This document shows, piece after piece, positions 23,867-36,264 of a DNA stretch of 64,000 bases (positions within the stretch are counted from its first letter, which is position 1; each line of letters begins with the position of its first letter). The translations under genes and the position numbers were made by a program. The notes below the pieces were generated by a model, which ran no database searches, was not told where the DNA came from, and saw only the letters and a list, made by a program, of their open reading frames with translations. The DNA is from Raja brachyura (Eukaryota): assembly GCA_963514005.1 (NCBI GenBank), contig OY740820.1, forward strand, positions 17,980,001 to 18,044,000, given 5' to 3'.

Positions 23867-25388
23867 TTTTCCCATTGTGTCTGGAGATAACAATGTGGTG
23901 ACTATTACAACAAAAAAAACCTCTCTCTCGCTCCAAGCATAGTGTTGGATTTCACTTTTTTCAGTTTATTTCATGAAAAAAAAGCACTTTGGTTAATTTA
24001 CAAACATGTGAAAACAGCCAGCAAGTTTATTTGCTTTAAACCTCACGATAGAAGTAAACCATTTGAGTGACAACTGCATTCTCTTCCCTGAATCGGAATG
24101 TTGTGGGTTGATTCGGGCTCTGGGCAGCTCTTCTGAATGGGAATGCTTCTGGCTCAAAATTAAAGATTAACATCACGCAGGATCCTTCCCACAATTCATT
24201 GAATTAGCCATTGAAGCCCACAAAATCATTTGTGTATGTCGGACGAATAACCCTTTCAACAGCTTTAATAACAACAAGTAATTGAAGGACCACTTCTATC
24301 ATGGCACCAGACTGATATTCTTCCAAAAAATGAAGAAAATAAAACAATTATTTGAATAATAGATTGAAATCACCCGAACCGCAGCGATGAGATCTGCTTA
24401 TATCCCAGTTATTTTGTTACAGCACATAAATCTGCTCTGATGATTTAAACACATTCTGGGAGTTAACAATTATCTTTGTGTTTTTGTTTAATTTAGACAG
24501 ATATATACATGGTTAATTTAGCTTTTTAATGGAAGGCATGTATAATTATTGATTCCAGTATAATTCTGTCAATCAGTATAATATCATATGTTCAGTTGAC
24601 AGGGGCTCTGGTGCCTGGTTGTGGTTGGAAGTGCAGATGGGAGAATTGCGGTTAGGTGGTAGATGGGTTAGTTGTGTAAGAAGATCAGCTGTTTTGTACA
24701 TTTTTCTTTTCTAGTCTGGACTGTGCCTTAGGCTGTACAAAAGCATTTGCTGTTAATGGTTCAAAAATCCACAAATTTAAACCACAAAATGCATTCACTG
24801 TGAGTAGCTTGATGCTCTAGGCTAATGGATCCGATGATAAATGACAATGAAAGCCTTTGGGGACGCAGAACAATTTCTCTCACATGGCCAGGTTACCCTG
24901 AAGGGTTCATAAACACACTCTGTAGCAATAACTGCACGTGGAGTGTTTGATGTCAAATGCTGGCAGTTTTCTCTGCTGTTTCTGGCTATTCTATCTGTGT
25001 GCACGACAATAAGGAATGACAAGTGCTAATGTTACAATTACATTTTATTTGCCATGTACAAACAATTAATCAGTCTTAAGCATATAGTAAAATGTGAAAG
25101 AATGGGATAGATTTGCACTCCTTGGAAATGGCCTTACCACACAGTTTGAACTATTGGAAAATAGTTATTTATGCAGTCACAGTTTACAAGGAGTCTAATA
25201 ATATCCTTATAAACAAGAACAAGATGAAGTTTCATTGCAGTTGTTGCTTTCTGCTGTGTGGCTCACAAGGAGGCTCACATTTAGTAATGTGATTCTTTTT
25301 TGTTTTTTAAGTTACATGAAATGTCTAAAACATTTACATTTGAACAATGGCTTAATCCTGTGAATCTGCTAGCACACTATACCCTTTA

Positions 25389-25516
25389 NNNNNNNNNNNN
25401 NNNNNNNNNNNNNNNNNNNNNNNNNNNNNNNNNNNNNNNNNNNNNNNNNNNNNNNNNNNNNNNNNNNNNNNNNNNNNNNNNNNNNNNNNNNNNNNNNNNN
25501 NNNNNNNNNNNNNNNN
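25389..25516. other. Assembly gap (128 N)
   Basis: Run of N followed by simple repeats. Confidence 1.
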
Positions 25517-25554
25517 TATATTACACACACTCACTCACTCACTCTCTATATATA

Positions 25555-25825
25555 TAGGAAGAAGGGATGCGACCCGAAATGTCACCTATTCCTCCTCTCC
25601 AGAGATGCTGACTGTCCCGCTGAAACTCCTGTGCTTTGTGTTGATCTTCCATTTAAACCAACATCTGCAGTTCTTTCCTACACATATATACGTCTGGGGA
25701 AGGATCTCGACCAAAATCGTTACCCATTCCTTCTCTCCAGAGATGCTACCTGTCCTGCTGCATTACTCCAGCATTTTGTGTCTATCTCCGGTTTAAACCA
25801 GCATCTGCAGTTCCTTCCTACACAT
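25555..25825 (+). mobile_element. Two tandem PLE 3'-end units
   Basis: Head-to-tail units of about 135 bp, each ending gcagttcYttcctacaca. Confidence 0.8.
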
Positions 25826-25849
25826 GGAATATATAAATATCAGCTTTAT

Positions 25850-26200
25850 AACACTCTCACCTCTGAGTTAGAATGAATTCTAGGCTGATGTTCCAATGTA
25901 GTAGGTCCCAATGTAATGGAGGTGCCAGGCTCAGAATGAGACCATTGAGGGCTTATCTGCTGTAGACGCGGAAGGTTCCACCTCATTGTTTCAAAGAAGA
26001 GCAGTAGAGGCCTGCTCGGTGTTCTAACCAATATTTATCCCTTGCTCGATGTTGCTAAAGCAGATTATCATGTAATTATGACCTTACAACTTGTCATCTG
26101 CTGAATTAGCTGCTGCTTTCTTTTAACAACGATGATTATGTTTGGTAAAGCGCTTTGCGATATCGAGGCTAAATTGTGGAAGGTAATTTAAATTTGTTTC
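25850..26200 (+). mobile_element. Ancient DeuSINE (SacSINE1/AmnSINE-like) remnant
   Basis: ctcacctctgagttagaa...ggaggtgcc...aagaagagcag...ccaatatttatccct...cagattatc...gtaaagcgctttg follows the recalled Deu-domain consensus order. Confidence 0.7.
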
Positions 26201-26750
26201 TTTAAGCTTATAATCAGTATCTGGGGTTAAATGTTTTGTATTTGTAAAATTCTGTCATTTGAACTCAAAACATTTAATTTTAAAAGGCGGTTTAAAGTTT
26301 GAAGTTCTGCAAATGTGTGTGGATCATTGGTTGAGGTTGGGTATGCAGAGAACTCAAAGCAAGTTAATCTTAGACGTATATCGATGACAAGTGTCATCAT
26401 AGACTTGCGCTGGGTCTCAATTTGTTCTCAAATGTCAGATTGCTAGGTAATAGTGACCCTGTTTGTTTGTACCCATGATTTAAGATCTGTGACTCGATTA
26501 ACTTTTCATTTCTGTTTGCCTTTTTGAGACATGGGGTGAGTAAGTGTTTGCCACTATGCTAGAGGAACAAGAACTTCTAGACTTATGGCACCTTTATTGG
26601 TGACCATCATAGTTTGATGGTTCTGCATTGAAGGAAGCCAGAAGGCCATAATGCTGTCATTTATTTCTCAGATGGAGGATTTGGGGGCAAAGAGGTTAGC
26701 TGAGACTCCAGACTAGCCTATTCTCAACAAACAAGCCTGCCAACACAATA

Positions 26751-26942
26751 CACAAAATACTAGAGTAACTCAGCAGTTTTGGGTCGAGACCCTTCTTCAG
26801 TCTGAAAACTGAAGAAGGGTCTCGACCCGAAATGTCACCCATTCCTTCTATCCAGAGATGTTGCTGTCCTGCTGAGTTACCCCAGCATTTTGCGTCTATC
26901 TTTGGCGTAAACCAGCATCTGCCGTTCCCTCCTTCACATTTT
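26751..26942. mobile_element. Fold-back PLE-derived element
   Basis: Inverted gggtcgagacccttcttcagt / actgaagaagggtctcgaccc. Flanking imperfect direct repeat gYctgcYaacacaata at 26735-26750 and 26943-26958. Confidence 0.82.
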
Positions 26943-27354
26943 GTCTGCTAACACAATATTCCTCTTATGATTTGCCTTCCAGAATATGGTGTACACAACT
27001 GCCATATTCCTTAATCCAGTCCTCAATCCAGTCTTCAGCCCCACCTATGGCAAACTCTGCAGATTCCACATTGAACTCATAAGTCACCTTAGAATTGGCA
27101 GATCTGGAATAGAAACAAGTCATCCTTGCTGAGGGACCAGCTAAGAAGAGGCGTGAAGGGGATGGATTGACATGAAGTATGAGGAAAATCTTTCAACGTA
27201 CTTTGAAATACGTTACTTTTAATGATTTATTTGCGCTCTTTCAAAACAATTTGAAGTTGAAAGCCTTTTATATTTCCAATATATTGAAAATAGCTATTAA
27301 GCCAAGGTATATTTGCATTCGAGGATTATTACCTTTTTGTCACAAATGAAGAAA

Positions 27355-27452
27355 AGGTCTGAAGAAGGCTTTCGGCCCGAAACGTTGCCTATTTCCTTCG
27401 CTCCATAGATGCTGCCTCACCCGCTGAGTTTCTCCAGGATTTTTGTCTACCT
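27355..27452 (+). mobile_element. PLE 3'-end piece with hammerhead-like core
   Basis: aggt-ctgaaga-aggctttcggccc-gaaa-cgtt-gcct. Flanked by a tgaagaaaa direct repeat. Confidence 0.82.
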
Positions 27453-27609
27453 GAAGAAAAAGTTTGATGCTTTTAGAACAAAGCCCAGAAATCTGGACAA
27501 AAATGTCAGTATTCAACAAAATTATTGTTGCTTTCTGGATTTCTTGAATCACAAAAAAGATTCAGACTAGTGATGGTCTGATTAATCTAGACATAAGTTT
27601 CTTCAAGAT

Positions 27610-28330
27610 AAACTTAACTTTGTACTTCAGTTAGTGATGAGGAACAAAAATCTGGCAAATGGAATATGATGTGAGAAAATGTGAAGTCTGAACATTTTGG
27701 CAGGAAAATAAAAGCGAAACAGTTAGTTAAACGTTGCAAGGTCTGGCTTTCACCATTAATGATTTGCTGAAGGCTAGTAAGAAGGTGTAGTATGAAAACA
27801 AACACTATTGACGTTTATTGCAAGGGACATTGAATATAATAGGAAGTTATACCTCCGATATATAAGGCATCAGTGAGATCACCTCTGGAGTACTTTGCAT
27901 GGTATTAATCTCTTTATTCGGCGAAGGATTTGGATGGATACATCACAGAAATTTACCGGGCTCATAAAATATGAAGTAAGTTTGAAAGAATATACGAATC
28001 CAGTGGCATTTAGAAGAGTCATGGGTGTCTTATTATCAATGTGAGATCCAAAAATGTATTGATAGGGTGAATGTGGAGAGGATGCTTTGTTCCTGTGGAG
28101 AATCTGTGATGTGCAATCACTGTTTTAATAGTAAATAGTTTTAATTCCAAGATGAGGCAACATTGTTTTTTTTGAGGTAGTGAGTCTTTGGAACTCTCTT
28201 AAAGAGCAGTGAAGGCAGAGTGTAAATATATTAATAGTAGTAGTGAATGGATAATTGATAAACAAGAAGTAAAAGGATGCCGCAAGTAGACAGTAATGTG
28301 GAACTGAGAATATAATTATTGAGTGGCAGT
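27610..28330 (+). mobile_element. Old CR1 LINE fragment
   Basis: tggcaaatggaatatgatgtgagaaaatgtgaag...cacctctggagtactttgc...gagtctttggaactctctt are degraded CR1 RT motifs. Confidence 0.7.
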
Positions 28331-28331
28331 T

Positions 28332-28640
28332 GGTTTAGTTTAGTTTGGAGATACAGCGCAGAATTGGGCCCTTCGGCCCACCAAGTCTACACCGACCATT
28401 GATCCCTGCACATTAACGCTATCCTCCACACATGAGGGACAATTTTCATTTATACGCATCCAATTAACCTTCAAACCTGTGAGCCTTTGGAGTGTGGGAA
28501 GAAATGGAAGATCTCAGAGAAAATCCACGTGCACACGGGGAGAACGTGTAAACTTCATACAAAGAGAAACCGTAGTCAGGATCGATCTCTGGTCTCCGGG
28601 GCTGTACGGCAGCAACTCTCGCTGCACGACTGTGCCACCA
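28332..28640 (-). mobile_element. HE1-type V-SINE
   Basis: (TTTAG)n tail, ggcccttcggccca, ttggagtgtgggaagaaa, caggatcga. Confidence 0.85.
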
Positions 28641-31539
28641 AAGGTTCTTGCCTCATGAAAAAGATTGTTTGTATCAGCTCTAGTGAACACTATGATTAGA
28701 GTCTCAGAGTCATACAGCGTGAAAACAGTCCCTTCGGGCTAACTTATACATGCCAACCATGATGCCCATCTCCACAAATCACATTTGCCTGTGTTTGACG
28801 CATATCCCTCTAAACCTTTCATATATTTTACATTCATTTGATTAAATTATCCCGTACACTTTGAAGCTGAAAAGAGAACACAAGGCAAGCAAGTATGTGG
28901 CCCTTCACACACTAGGATTATTCGGGTGAATGTGGGCTGTTCCCGTTCCATGGCCAAAATACCCGTGGTCATGAGGGTTGTTACGTCAGACTGGGTCTGT
29001 GCATGGTTATGTGCATCACTTCCTCACTTTTGAATTTGAATCCCTTTGAGATATAGGCCACAATTCCATTAGCCTCTTTGATTACTTCCTGCACAAGCCT
29101 ATAGTGCTTTTTGTCTTGCATGAGCACCCACTCTTTTGCTCTTGCACAACCTGTAGAATTTGTGCATTAAATAAATATTCTGATTGTCTCTGTCAGATCC
29201 AAAGAGGATGATAATGCATTTCCTATATTGAACGCCACAGAACTATAATTTTGCCCAGTCATTCCTTTCATATCCTTCAGAACTTCCTGCTGCCGTTCAA
29301 ACAACTTTTTGTGTGTTTTATTGAAGCCATTTACAAATCTGAGAACACATCTCTTATCTGTCATTAATATCTATGTTGAGCTACACTTTCATCCATTGAG
29401 ACATCTTGCTGATCAATAGACAACACCTTATCCTTTATGTCTGTTTCCTTCCCCCTTTTGACCAATTACTAATCCCTTTTACATGCCTATTAATGAATTT
29501 GTAGCAGAATGGATATTAGAGGTTGCAAAATAATAAGACCTTTGGAAGTGCGTAGTGAGTCTATCAAGCTTTTTAAAAATATCAAGGGAAGGGAAGGGAC
29601 AAAAGGGAAACCACGCAATACACAAGCAATTGTTGGGAAAAAAAGTATGCCAACATTTCATAATAATGAGTGGGGTGGGAGATTGCAACCTTCACTTGGT
29701 CCGCCCTGTTTCAACGAATGGAATCAACCCGACATGCACAATCAAATCCGATCAAATAGAACAAGTTGTCCTACAACTTTAGGCTGTGCACGCCATACAC
29801 AAGAAGAAGATAATAATTAGTAGAAAATGGTTGAAGTGTTGGAACAGTGAAGGAATAGGATGGGGAACTCAGGTTAGGATTGCTCCTGCTGTGGGCGATA
29901 AACTTTAGCACAGTTCATTTAAACAAAATGGCCTATTTCTGTGTTGCAATTTATATTAACTTTAAGGTGAAGCAATGCAGAGGCAGCCAGAATTGAGTTT
30001 AAAAAGAGTGATAGAAACCAAAAGGGTTATTGAATTCAATATATCACAACTATTTTATATAACAATTGAAGATTCTGAAAACTCAAATGCACGATTAAAG
30101 GATGGAAAAGTGATTAAAATCCCAAACTGAGCACAGTTTATTTTTTGGCAGGGGGGGTGGAAAAAATGCCCATCTTGTGAAGTGAGATGTTGCAATATTT
30201 TTCCCTGAATAAAAAAATCTCTCAATCAAATTATTTTAAAAATGAGCAATGACATGTAATTATCTTGTCTTTTTGCAAGCATATCAATGTCAAAGAAAAC
30301 ATGCATCTACGATCAGTACTGTATTTTATAAAGACACTGTACCTGCAGTGGGCTGTTGTACCGATTTAAATTAATCTGGGTGTGTGTTACTTGTGCTGTA
30401 CATTACGTTATGAATGAGGCTGTTGTTTCGTTTGCAGTCACAGTCCATTTCCAGGGAAAGAAGTGAAAAGAGAGCTCAGTTTTCTAGGTAAAAGAATGTC
30501 CTGGTGGATGATAATTTGTCTGAAAGTTGTACTTCAGTGTTGCTTCTGTGTGGCAGGCTTGACCTTCAGAAAATAAATCCCCTTCCTACACAAAAAAACC
30601 TGTCTCACAGTGGAGTTTATTTCAGCACGTCGCTTGCTCTTGCACTGCTCAGCTTATAAAGACCTCTTTCTTGTCAGCGTCTTCTCATGCTGCAGAACTT
30701 TCCACTGTTTCAGCACCACAGGGTATATCTTCTGCACTGGCTGATGTAGGTGAGGTAGAGAGAGGTATTGATGTCCAGGACCCTTGGGTCCTGTACACCG
30801 GTATTGTATGTCAGCAGGACAAAGGGTTGGCGCCAACCGTCTTGCTGTATGCGCCAGTAACTAGAATTAATTACAAACCAATCGAATCCGTTGCAGCCAA
30901 TTGGTAAACTAATTGGTAATTTTAGCTGTATGTCTATACTTTGTTATCTGCCTGTCTATATCGGTGTTTTCAGAGCCACTTTTGTTCTCTGCTGTCCTCT
31001 TTGACAAAATGGCCATCATCAGCTAGGAGAAAGATGCGCACCAACGAGTACAGGGAGCCACTCCAACTGCTTGTCTTGTTTGTATTCCCTTGTTCACCAA
31101 GCGAGCTTTAGGTTACGGGTGCTTGGAGCTGATTAGAACAGATAGCGCTGAGCAGAATAAAACACTGCAAGCTGTAAGATAGTTGATGAGCACTCCTTTT
31201 CTCTACATGTTAAAGAATGCTGCGGAATAAAGGTTGATAGGGATTTATTCTGGAGTATTCTTTGGGTGTGGGAGGGGTGAGTATACTCCTGACGTGACCC
31301 TGATTTCAGACTGAAATCTTAGTCTTGCCTCTCAATATTATTTAAGGATGTGAACATCAAAGAACAGAATAAAATGTGCTAGAAGCTTATGAATACTATT
31401 CCTCAGAACTTTTTAATGCAGAACCCTAATTTATAAAACTGATGTGCTTGGAACACAAAATAATTGGGATGAAGTATATAACAATATGAAGTCATATATG
31501 AACGTCTAAATTACATTGTAGTGCGAAATCTCAGCTCAG

Positions 31540-31880
31540 CTCAGTGATGGTGCTTAGAAAGGCGGTAAATCAGAAGGTTGTTGGGCGTTAGTCATATTCT
31601 AGGACTTCAGCTCATATAATCATGTTTTACAAAGAGAGTGCTAATTTGAAGAATGCATCTTTTTCAGAGATTAAACGGAGGTTAAATCTACTTGTGAAGT
31701 AAACTAATCAATGGCATTTTACTTGAGTAAGATTAAGGAGATCTTTTAATGTCATGGAGTGCATATAGCCCTCAGCCATCACATCCAGGGAACGATATTG
31801 TGTTATTGCTATTTGTGGGACTTCAGTGCGTTGTATTTCCTGGCAAAACAAAATTCAAATTTAACCATTCTCTATAATGT
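31540..31880 (+). mobile_element. Highly degraded DeuSINE-like remnant
   Basis: cagaaggttgttggg...gagagtgct...ttaaacggagg...atggcatttt...ttgctatttgtgggactt. Confidence 0.55.
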
Positions 31881-31939
31881 TAGAGATGTATTTTTAAGAG
31901 TCATACATAAAAGCAATTACTTCATTCAGTTCACTGCTG

Positions 31940-32670
31940 CCCAGTGACACAGCTAGTAGAGCCACTGCAACACAGTGCCAGATGCCTGAGTTTGTACATT
32001 CCCTGTGAGACCACGTGTGTTTCCCTGGGTGCTCCAGTTTCCTCCCACATCTCAAAGACATGCAGGTCGAAAGGCTAATTGACCATTGTAAATGCCATAA
32101 AGTCATGTGATAGGAGTAGAATTAGGCCATTCGGCCCATCAAGTCTACTCTGCTATTCAATCATGGCTGATCTATCTCTCCTAACCCCATTTTCCTGCCT
32201 TCTCCCCATAACCTCTGCCACATGTACTAACCAAGAATCTATCTATCTCTGCCTTAAAAATATCCACTGACTTGGCCTCTACAGATTTCTGTGGCAAAGA
32301 ATTCCAGATTCATCACCCTCTGATGAAAGACATTTCTCCTCATCTTCCTAAAAGAAAGTCCTTTAATTCTGAGGCTATGACCTCTAGTCCTAGACTCTCC
32401 CACTCGTGGAAACATCCTCTCCACATCCACTCTATCCAAGCCTTTCACTATTCTGTAACTTTCAATGATATCCCCTCATCCTTCTAAACTCCAGCGAGTA
32501 CAGGCCCAGTGCCGACAAACGCTCACCATAGGTTAACTGTACAGCTGGAATCTGGGTGATAAGAATGTGAGGAGAATTAAACAACATTGGGGGATTATTT
32601 ATCGATGTACAGATGGGTGGTTGATGGTCGGCACGGAATCAGTAGGCTGTGGTGTTCTCTGATTTTTCTG
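31940..32670 (+). mobile_element. HE1-type SINE split by a minus-strand CR1 3' fragment (about 32100-32535)
   Basis: SINE head and V-domain at 31940-32098, tail at 32540-32670. The insert encodes KGLDRVDVERMFPRVGESRTRGHSLRIKG. Confidence 0.8.
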
Positions 32671-34434
32671 TACATCATGCAATTAGGTTATTTCGTTATA
32701 GAGTACCTGCATTCAGTCCACTGGAGTGACCCTGAACTTCCGATCACCTGCCTCTTTAATTTCCCATTCCACTCCCATTTTGTGGCCACAACATGGCTTT
32801 AATTAAGCTTGAGTGACAGCAGCATATCTTCCATCTGGGCACATTGCAACCATCAAAACCCCAATATTGAATTCGTACTCTTTAGGTAAGCCACTCTATT
32901 TGGATCAGAACTGGGTATTTCTGCAAGTCATCCTTCTGTGATTTTGACTTTCTTCCTCACAGCTCTGCCACTGCCAACACAATGGAGACAAAGAAGCATA
33001 ATGTGCTTCAGACTACCATTTTAACACATTTTGGCCTTGTCCTACGCACTTTGTTCTGCCACATCATTGCTCTACCTTTTTACTCCTCAAAAAATAATTT
33101 ATTTTACTTTTTCCCACTTCTGACAAAGGGTATGAAATGTAAAACAGTAACTCTGTTTCTCTTTCCACAAATGCTACCTGACCTGTTAAGTGTTTCAGCA
33201 ATTTCTGTTTTAAATGCTCTGCTGAAGATGTATGCGATAGGCTTTTGTGTTGCAATGTATTATCCAATCTGAACCATAATGTTATATAGTGTAATTTCTC
33301 TTCTGCATTGACTATAATGGGTTAGGTTCAATTCTCCAATATAAGGAATAGTATACCCATTAATTTTAATGTACGTCTTCTCCAAGGTATAGATATTAAT
33401 TGGAAGTGTGCATTTTATATTGATAATTGCAATAACTTGAGAGCATGCTTTTACAATTTTATTGTGAAGTAAGATTGCTGAGATTTATTACTTGTTTTTA
33501 TTAAGAGAGTTCATTGATGAATTTCCTGTTGTTTTAGTAGTGAGTCGTGGTTTTATGTGCATTTCAAAACGGCTATCAAAGTTATATTGTCACAGACATT
33601 TTTTTATATCGCTAAAATATAAATGATTGGAAACATTGAGGATATTTGTCAGTCTGTGAGGATGGCAGGCCATTAAACATTTTGAAGTTGGTATTTCCTA
33701 AGCCCCGCCTATGTGCGCACAATTTGCATAAAGAAAATGCACAATTGCACGCACAACAGCACACGTAATTCTGCCGTATTTATGCGGTGAAGTGGAAACA
33801 AAGAACTGCAGATGCTGGTTAATACATAAAAGGGACACAAAGTGCTGGAGTAACTCAGCAGGTCAGGCAGCATCTCTGGAAAACATGGATAGATGGCATT
33901 TCGGGTTGAGCCCCTTCTTCAGACTGATGTGGTACATGGTAAGCCATGGGAGCTTAACTGGCAGAAGTGATAATCTTGTCATGTTTCTTTTGATGTTACT
34001 GCATTGTCTTTAGGACAGGAAACACTGGTCACCGCTGATACTTCGATGTTACTATTGAAGTATCCCTTATTGATTTCAGCAGCTTATTGACAGATGTCAA
34101 GGAGCAAGTTAGTCATGCACAGGTTCCAGATATTAAAGATGAGCCTATATGTTAAAAGGAAAGGAGTTGAAAAATGTGACCAAAGTATCTCTTCAGAAAC
34201 ATTGAGCATTATGGATAAGATTGTGAATAGCAAAAATAAGTTTGTAATTATTTTGGAATCATTTTCATCCAACTTCAGACCATAATTAGATTATAATGCT
34301 GTGTTTAGATTTTCTCCAGGCCATTTGATTTTTAGGTGGTTTGTGAGCAGCGGTTATCATGCTGCTCAAATGACTTTATTGAATTATTTTCAAACAATTC
34401 AGGAAAACATGCTACTAAAACTATAACACAGCTT

Positions 34435-34635
34435 CATTTTGTTTAGAGATACAGAGGGGAATCAGACCCTTTGGCCCACTGGGCCCGTGCCGACCAGCGA
34501 TCCGCGCTCATTAACACTATCCTACACTAGGGGCATTTTTACAATTATTCCAAGCCAATTAACTTACAAACCTGTACGTCTTTGGAGTGTGGGAGGAAAC
34601 CCAAGATCTCGGAGAAAACCCACGCGGTCACAGGG
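34435..34635 (-). mobile_element. 5'-truncated HE1-type SINE
   Basis: tttagagatacag...acgtctttggagtgtgggaggaaacc. Confidence 0.85.
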
Positions 34636-35769
34636 TCAGCTATGCTGTAACTACCGAAAGATGAACACTCAAATTCCTTCAGCTAGCAGCAGGATTTGAA
34701 CTCTTCAATTGTAATCTTTTAAGAATCTGCTTTGTTGTTTGAGAGGATAGCATCAATGATCCATTATGAGAGTATTTTTGACTGTCATTCAGCCTGTTGA
34801 ACCTGACTTTAAGCTGACAGTTGTCATGTTTATCAGCAGCTTCAAATTTGTTTTCATAGTTGTGCCAGTTTTAAACAAATCCTGCAGAGGAAATCCAGAT
34901 GGCCGCCACTGGGAGCATCAATCACTGATTGTAATTATAAGAAAACAGGTTGGAGTCAAAAGTAAACATACAGTAGTGGTCAGATTCTCGGCTCTGCAAA
35001 AAATAAAGATCTGATGTTGTTACTGGGATGGTTATCATAGCACCAAAATTCAACTGGGAAAGTTGCACTTAAAATATTTTCTTTCCAAACGTTTCCAACT
35101 TGCTTCCTGTGTGTTCTCAATTCGGTTTCAAATTGTTGTCACCTCTGGTGATGAGGTGTAACCGTACCACTTCATTGTACTGTTACAAGCCTCAAAAAAC
35201 GACCTCTGGGCGAATCATATTTAGGTTACTCTTTAAAGGGACAAACTTCGCACAATCATTTAACTCGCTTCGCAAAATGTTGCATCCATTGATATTTAAC
35301 AATTGTTTACAGTGAGGTTAGAATTTTATATTTTTGGCAAAATTTATCCAATGGTGGTTTCGTGATAGATTTCCTGGTAAAATAATACCTTAAATTCCAT
35401 TTGGTCATTGTTTCTTGGCCACTTGTATGTGTTGTGAATTCTTGACAAATTATGAAAAGATTCTTCAAAAAATCAGTCTGAAGAAGTGTCCCGAACAGAA
35501 AAGTGATCTATCCATATCACTGGCATCATTGGAGAAGGTGCTGAGTGTTGTGCTAGACTGCATAGTGTATAGTAAGCATTGTTTGGAGAAGTTGGGCCAT
35601 ATGTGTTTTCTGATCAATCATTCCGATTTCTCGGGTCTAAGTATTAAAACTCGAATTTAACCAAAACTCTCAACTCCAAAGTACAGATCGATTTTGGCTT
35701 GAACTCTGCATATCTAAGTAAAATATAAGTAAGTCAACCCCATATGACTGTAAATAGCATACGTTCAAA

Positions 35770-35903
35770 GAAGGGTCTGAGGAAGGGTCTCGACCCAAAA
35801 CGTCACCTATTCCTTCGCCCCATAGATGCTGCCTCACCCGCTGGGTTTCTCCAGCATTTTTATTTACCTTCGATTTTTCCAGCATCTGCAGTTCCTTCTT
35901 AAA
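35770..35903 (+). mobile_element. PLE 3'-end piece (core mutated)
   Basis: gtctgaggaagggtctcgacccaaaacgtcacc...gcagttccttcttaaa. Confidence 0.85.
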
Positions 35904-36163
35904 AATGTCAAAGTAAAGCTATTTTGTCGAGGGGTGAGGGCTGCCGCCTTTCTTCTGGAGTGTTTTAGTGGTTTAGTGACTTGATTCTGAATGAATTGAA
36001 CTCATTGAATATTTGGCTTTTACTGGTAAAACTGCAACTTTTTAGTGTCCGAGTAAAAGGATGTGCTCCCTTGATGTATATTGGCACAGTTTATCTTTTG
36101 TGGGAGACCAGGGACAGACCGGAAACGTTACTGAACTGTAAATGTAATCAATTTCTTTTTCAG

Positions 36164-36264
36164 GAGGTCCTGATGATGCTGGATAACTATGTGCGTGACT
36201 TCAAGGCATTGATAGATTGGCTTCAGCTGCAGGAAAAGTTGGAGAAGACAGATGCACAGAACAG
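36164..36264 (+). CDS. SCAPER: SCAPER coding exon (EVLMMLDNYVRDFKALIDWLQLQEKLEKTDAQN[R])
   Basis: ttctttttcag|GAG ... AC AG|gtagca. 101 nt, phase 0 to 2. Near-identical to vertebrate SCAPER. Confidence 0.97.

Noticed and set aside
25300-25557. ORFs containing X runs
   Set aside because: Artefacts of the N gap.
30671-30907. 78-aa ORF with protein-like composition
   Set aside because: Non-ATG start, no recognisable family, and no fit to the SCAPER exon chain.
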